DNA of 9,387 nucleotides from a virus (Duplodnaviria; Heunggongvirae; Uroviricota; Caudoviricetes): IMG/VR virus record IMGVR_UViG_2684623171_000015; one strand, 5' to 3'. Shown piece by piece: positions 6,743 to 9,387 of this stretch (position 1 is its first letter; each line of letters starts with the position of its first letter). The notes under the pieces were generated by a model. It saw only the letters and a program-made list of their open reading frames with translations, ran no database searches and was not told where the DNA came from. The position numbers and the translations under genes were made by a program.

Positions 6743-6763
6743 CAACTTAGAGAGGATTCAGTA

Positions 6764-6943
6764 ATGGCAACAGGTTCAACAAATAATAAGTCGCAACAGT
6801 TAAATGCCAGATTCCCGCATGATGTTGTTGCAGACTTAGAAAAAAATTTAGATGAAGGTGAAAGCAAAGCGCAATTTATAGTTACTGCCGTTAAAGGCGA
6901 AATCAAACGCCGCCAGCGCCGCAAGGCCAAAGAGCAGGAATAG
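6764..6943 (+). CDS. Small ribbon-helix-helix-like DNA-binding protein (59 aa), candidate repressor
   Basis: ATG at 6764 is preceded by GAGAGGA. An N-terminal beta-strand-like stretch (QQLNARFPHDVV) is followed by helices and a basic tail. A hairpin plus T-run terminator sits downstream at 7032-7059. The gene is divergent from the leftward operon. Confidence 0.6.
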   Translation: MATGSTNNKSQQLNARFPHDVVADLEKNLDEGESKAQFIVTAVKGEIKRRQRRKAKEQE

Positions 6944-7031
6944 TCCACCAGCAAGCCAGCACACTGAGCACATTGCCCACCAGACAGCAAATCGCTATGA
7001 TGTTCGGGCTTATGTTTAGTGTTTTCCCATT

Positions 7032-7059
7032 GGCGACCGCCACAGGTCGCCTTTGTTTT
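7032..7059 (+). terminator. Rho-independent terminator (GGCGACC-GCCACA-GGTCGCC followed by TTTGTTTT)
   Basis: Perfect 7-bp stem plus T-rich tail between the convergent RHH gene and alpA. Confidence 0.55.
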
Positions 7060-7077
7060 ATGTGTCATATGTTCCCC

Positions 7078-7302
7078 CTACGCTGCCTTACCTGAATTAA
7101 TACGATCCCGGCTTTTAACCCATTCCATAACCTCGGAAAGCAGCCAACCTACTGAACGACCACCCAGATTACGGCGTGACGGGAAATTCCCTTTTTTCTC
7201 CAGTTCGTAGCGTGTAGTGCGGCACACTCCTGTTAACTTACGGCATTCATCCTCACGGATTACGCGATCTGATAGTGATTGAAATTGTGTATTTTGATTC
7301 AT
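7078..7302 (-). CDS. alpA: AlpA-family phage transcriptional regulator / excisionase-like HTH protein (74 aa)
   Basis: Core segment CRKLTGVCRTTRYELEKKGNFPSRRNLGGRSVGWLLSEVMEWV matches the AlpA/Vis HTH_17 pattern. GAGGA Shine-Dalgarno lies upstream of the ATG. Confidence 0.85.
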   Translation of the reverse strand: MNQNTQFQSLSDRVIREDECRKLTGVCRTTRYELEKKGNFPSRRNLGGRSVGWLLSEVMEWVKSRDRINSGKAA

Positions 7303-7337
7303 AAAAAAACGTCCTCGAACGTTGCCGAACGAGGACG
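7303..7337 (-). terminator. Terminator/attenuator hairpin directly upstream of the alpA start codon: CGTCCTCG-UUCGGCAACGUU-CGAGGACG followed by U7 then AUG
   Basis: Perfect 8-bp stem at 7310-7317 and 7330-7337, inner 2-bp stem closed by a GCAA tetraloop, U7 run at 7303-7309. The alpA Shine-Dalgarno (GAGGA) lies in the 3' arm. Confidence 0.5.
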
Positions 7338-7365
7338 ATTCTAGGCGGTAGTAAAACGCCGTTTG

Positions 7366-7397
7366 TGTGATATCACACTACCAGCACGTGATATCAC
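7366..7397. promoter_or_regulatory. Two copies of the perfect palindrome GTGATATCAC (7367-7376 and 7388-7397), 21 bp apart, upstream of alpA; candidate operator pair
   Basis: Exact 10-bp dyads; the first extends to the 12-bp palindrome TGTGATATCACA. The second overlaps the stop codon of the 257-aa gene. A TAGAAT -10-like hexamer sits on the minus strand at 7338-7343. Confidence 0.5.
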
Positions 7398-8167
7398 TTT
7401 TTACGTTTTTGTTGAGATTCACGCCCCAAATACTTTTGCCATGTCTGCCAATGTGTTTTTGGAAATTCTATCCCTCTGGATGCAGCTATAGAATCAATTA
7501 AATCTGCTATTTTAGGTAATGATTCCGTGTCCAGGTCTACATCACCCATTTCTGGAATAAGTTTAATTAAAGAGTAAATAACCTCATTCCTTTTTGACGA
7601 TGCTTTTGGGCTATCTTCTGTTATCTTCGGGAAGTCTCCCGTATTTTTTATATTATCTAAATCACTAGCCATCACACACAAATAGTTAACATCAAATTCA
7701 TAACCACCCTTACAAAAAACATACATGAGATTATCATCACCATACTTATTCGTAAGATGAGAACATTTTATATATTGTCTCATGCTAAATTCGACATCAG
7801 CAAAAACATATGCCGGAGTATAATAAAACCCTGATAAGCTGCTAACATAATAACATTTGATAGAATTCCCTACAGGACCAATAATGGCACTATCTAAAAA
7901 TTCAGTGTCACCAGTTAAACCAACTGTAAAATTACTTCCAAAAACAGCAGATTCATCATTGAAAGGATATTTTATTAATTCTTCCTCATTACAACCATTG
8001 ATAAAATGACATAATGAAAAATTGAATTTTTTAGCATCAATTTTTGGTATATATACAGAAATATTAAGAGCACCTATATATGCGTAATGATAAAGATCTT
8101 TTATTGCACAGCCTAACTTTTCTGCCGCTTCAGGTAACGGATAATAGAGTCTTTTAGGTAATTTCAT
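7394..8167 (-). CDS. Hypothetical protein (257 aa), AT-rich cargo gene; N-terminus resembles an excisionase/MerR-type HTH, C-terminal ~200 aa unrecognised
   Basis: Long ORF with ATG at 8167-8165 overlapping the int stop. Hand-sampled GC is about 30% against about 47-55% in the neighbouring genes. N-terminal segment LPEAAEKLGCAIKDLYHYAYIGAL looks HTH-like. Confidence 0.8.
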   Translation of the reverse strand: MKLPKRLYYPLPEAAEKLGCAIKDLYHYAYIGALNISVYIPKIDAKKFNFSLCHFINGCNEEELIKYPFNDESAVFGSNFTVGLTGDTEFLDSAIIGPVGNSIKCYYVSSLSGFYYTPAYVFADVEFSMRQYIKCSHLTNKYGDDNLMYVFCKGGYEFDVNYLCVMASDLDNIKNTGDFPKITEDSPKASSKRNEVIYSLIKLIPEMGDVDLDTESLPKIADLIDSIAASRGIEFPKTHWQTWQKYLGRESQQKRKK

Positions 8168-9387
8168 TTGGCCACCTTCAGCATAACAATATTTTCATGA
8201 TTTCCAGCCAGCACATCGAGGCGCTCAACCCATAGATTAAGAGCGTCACGTTTTGCATCAAGATAACGGGAGTGATTATAGACTCGTTGCATTCCTGGCA
8301 ACTGGTGCGCGGTAAGCTGCTCCACAACATGCGGTTCCACGCCTAAATCGTTCAGCATCGTTGTAAACGTGTGCCGGATGTCGTGCAACGTCCAGGGGGC
8401 TTGATTAATGCGTCTGTGTGCCGTTCTTCCGTACTCTGATACGGATGATTGCCCTTTCAGTTCTCCGAGCAATAAGCCCGTGTGCCTGTTCTGCTCCACC
8501 AGCTTCATGACAAACGGCAAGATCGCTTCCGGTATTGGCCTGAATATTGCTACCTTCGTTTTGCTGTGTTCTTTCGGCACGGTCCAGAGCATTTCTTTAA
8601 AATCCCATTCCTGGACCTCAGAGCGTCTTAGCTCAGTGGTACGACATCCGAAGACAATCAGGAGGCGAATCAGGGCGCTGTAGTACGGTGGGTAAATTTT
8701 TTCATCAAGGGCGCGTAGTAATTCCCCAAGCTCCTTGTTTGTTAGTACGCGCTCGCTTATTTCTGCTTTTTTCCCAACATCACCGACAACCATATCATCA
8801 AGAACGTTGCTGATTGCGTATCGTCGTTTTCGGCAGTACTTAAGCGCCTGTTTGCATACCTGTAGCAAAAATCCGGCTGATACCGGATTACGCTTAGCAA
8901 GCTGGTCAAAACAGGCCAGCCAGTGGCGTAGCTCGCATTTTTCCAGTGGCATAGCTCCAATCTGGCTAATTATGTGTTTATTGATCCGGCTTTTCAGTGA
9001 TTCGTAGTCAGTGCGCTTTTCCTTTGCGTACGATTCAAGCCAGTAAGTGAGCGCTTCCTTAACCGTCACGGGGGCTAACGCGTCCTGTACAGCATGATTA
9101 AGTTCATAGCGCGGATTTTTCCCCTCAGCCAGCCATGCGCGACATTGCGACGCTTTTTCCCTGGCTGCTTTCAGGCTCAAATCTGGATAATTTCCCAGCC
9201 TCAGACGTTCAGGTGATATCTGCCTACCAGTTCCGGACCTGTAAGTGAAATACCAGGTTAACAGGCCATTGGTTGAATGCCTTACGCTAAGGTTGCCACC
9301 ATCATTAAAAAAGGTGCTTTTTGTGGTTGGTGATCCGCTTAATTTTCGTAAAAGAGTGTCGCTAAGTCTATGAATTGCCCTGCTCAT
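8164..9387 (-). CDS. int: Tyrosine-type site-specific integrase, P4-like family (407 aa, complete; ATG at the window edge)
   Basis: Full-length ORF. The N-terminal region has the arm-binding-domain look of P4-type integrases; the C-terminal region carries catalytic-domain-like motifs (HDIRHTFTT ... HVVEQLTAHQLPGMQRVYNHSRY). Its stop overlaps the start of the next gene (ATGA). Confidence 0.93.
   Translation of the reverse strand: MSRAIHRLSDTLLRKLSGSPTTKSTFFNDGGNLSVRHSTNGLLTWYFTYRSGTGRQISPERLRLGNYPDLSLKAAREKASQCRAWLAEGKNPRYELNHAVQDALAPVTVKEALTYWLESYAKEKRTDYESLKSRINKHIISQIGAMPLEKCELRHWLACFDQLAKRNPVSAGFLLQVCKQALKYCRKRRYAISNVLDDMVVGDVGKKAEISERVLTNKELGELLRALDEKIYPPYYSALIRLLIVFGCRTTELRRSEVQEWDFKEMLWTVPKEHSKTKVAIFRPIPEAILPFVMKLVEQNRHTGLLLGELKGQSSVSEYGRTAHRRINQAPWTLHDIRHTFTTMLNDLGVEPHVVEQLTAHQLPGMQRVYNHSRYLDAKRDALNLWVERLDVLAGNHENIVMLKVAK

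Noticed and set aside
6370..7068. 232-aa minus-strand ORF
   Set aside because: It runs antisense through the RHH gene and its terminator and across the regulatory region. Composition is Cys/Arg/Thr-rich and not protein-like. Only its 3' 67 codons are kept as a low-confidence possibility.
6925..7077. Possible minus-strand terminator for alpA
   Set aside because: The GGCGACC hairpin has its T-run only on the plus-strand side, so it is called as the RHH-gene terminator. No separate alpA terminator could be supported.

Overview
This window reads as most of a P4-/PICI-like phage satellite island, almost entirely on the minus strand. From the right edge inward: a complete P4-family tyrosine integrase (8164-9387), a translationally coupled AT-rich 257-aa gene of unknown function (7394-8167), an AlpA-family regulator (7078-7302), a divergent ribbon-helix-helix gene on the plus strand (6764-6943), a run of small coupled ORFs (5464-6377), a P4 alpha-like primase/helicase (3713-5467) followed by an iteron cluster that is probably the origin (3470-3700), a short operon ending in a small terminase subunit (2065-2553), and a capsid-like protein (979-1902). 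The left ~1 kb is non-coding and dense with direct repeats and perfect short palindromes; it may hold the island boundary or a packaging/regulatory site. The best candidate for something undescribed is the AT-rich gene coupled to the integrase, together with the operator-like palindromes and RBS-occluding terminator hairpin that sit between it and alpA. All calls rest on reading the sequence and on recalled family signatures; no database search was run.
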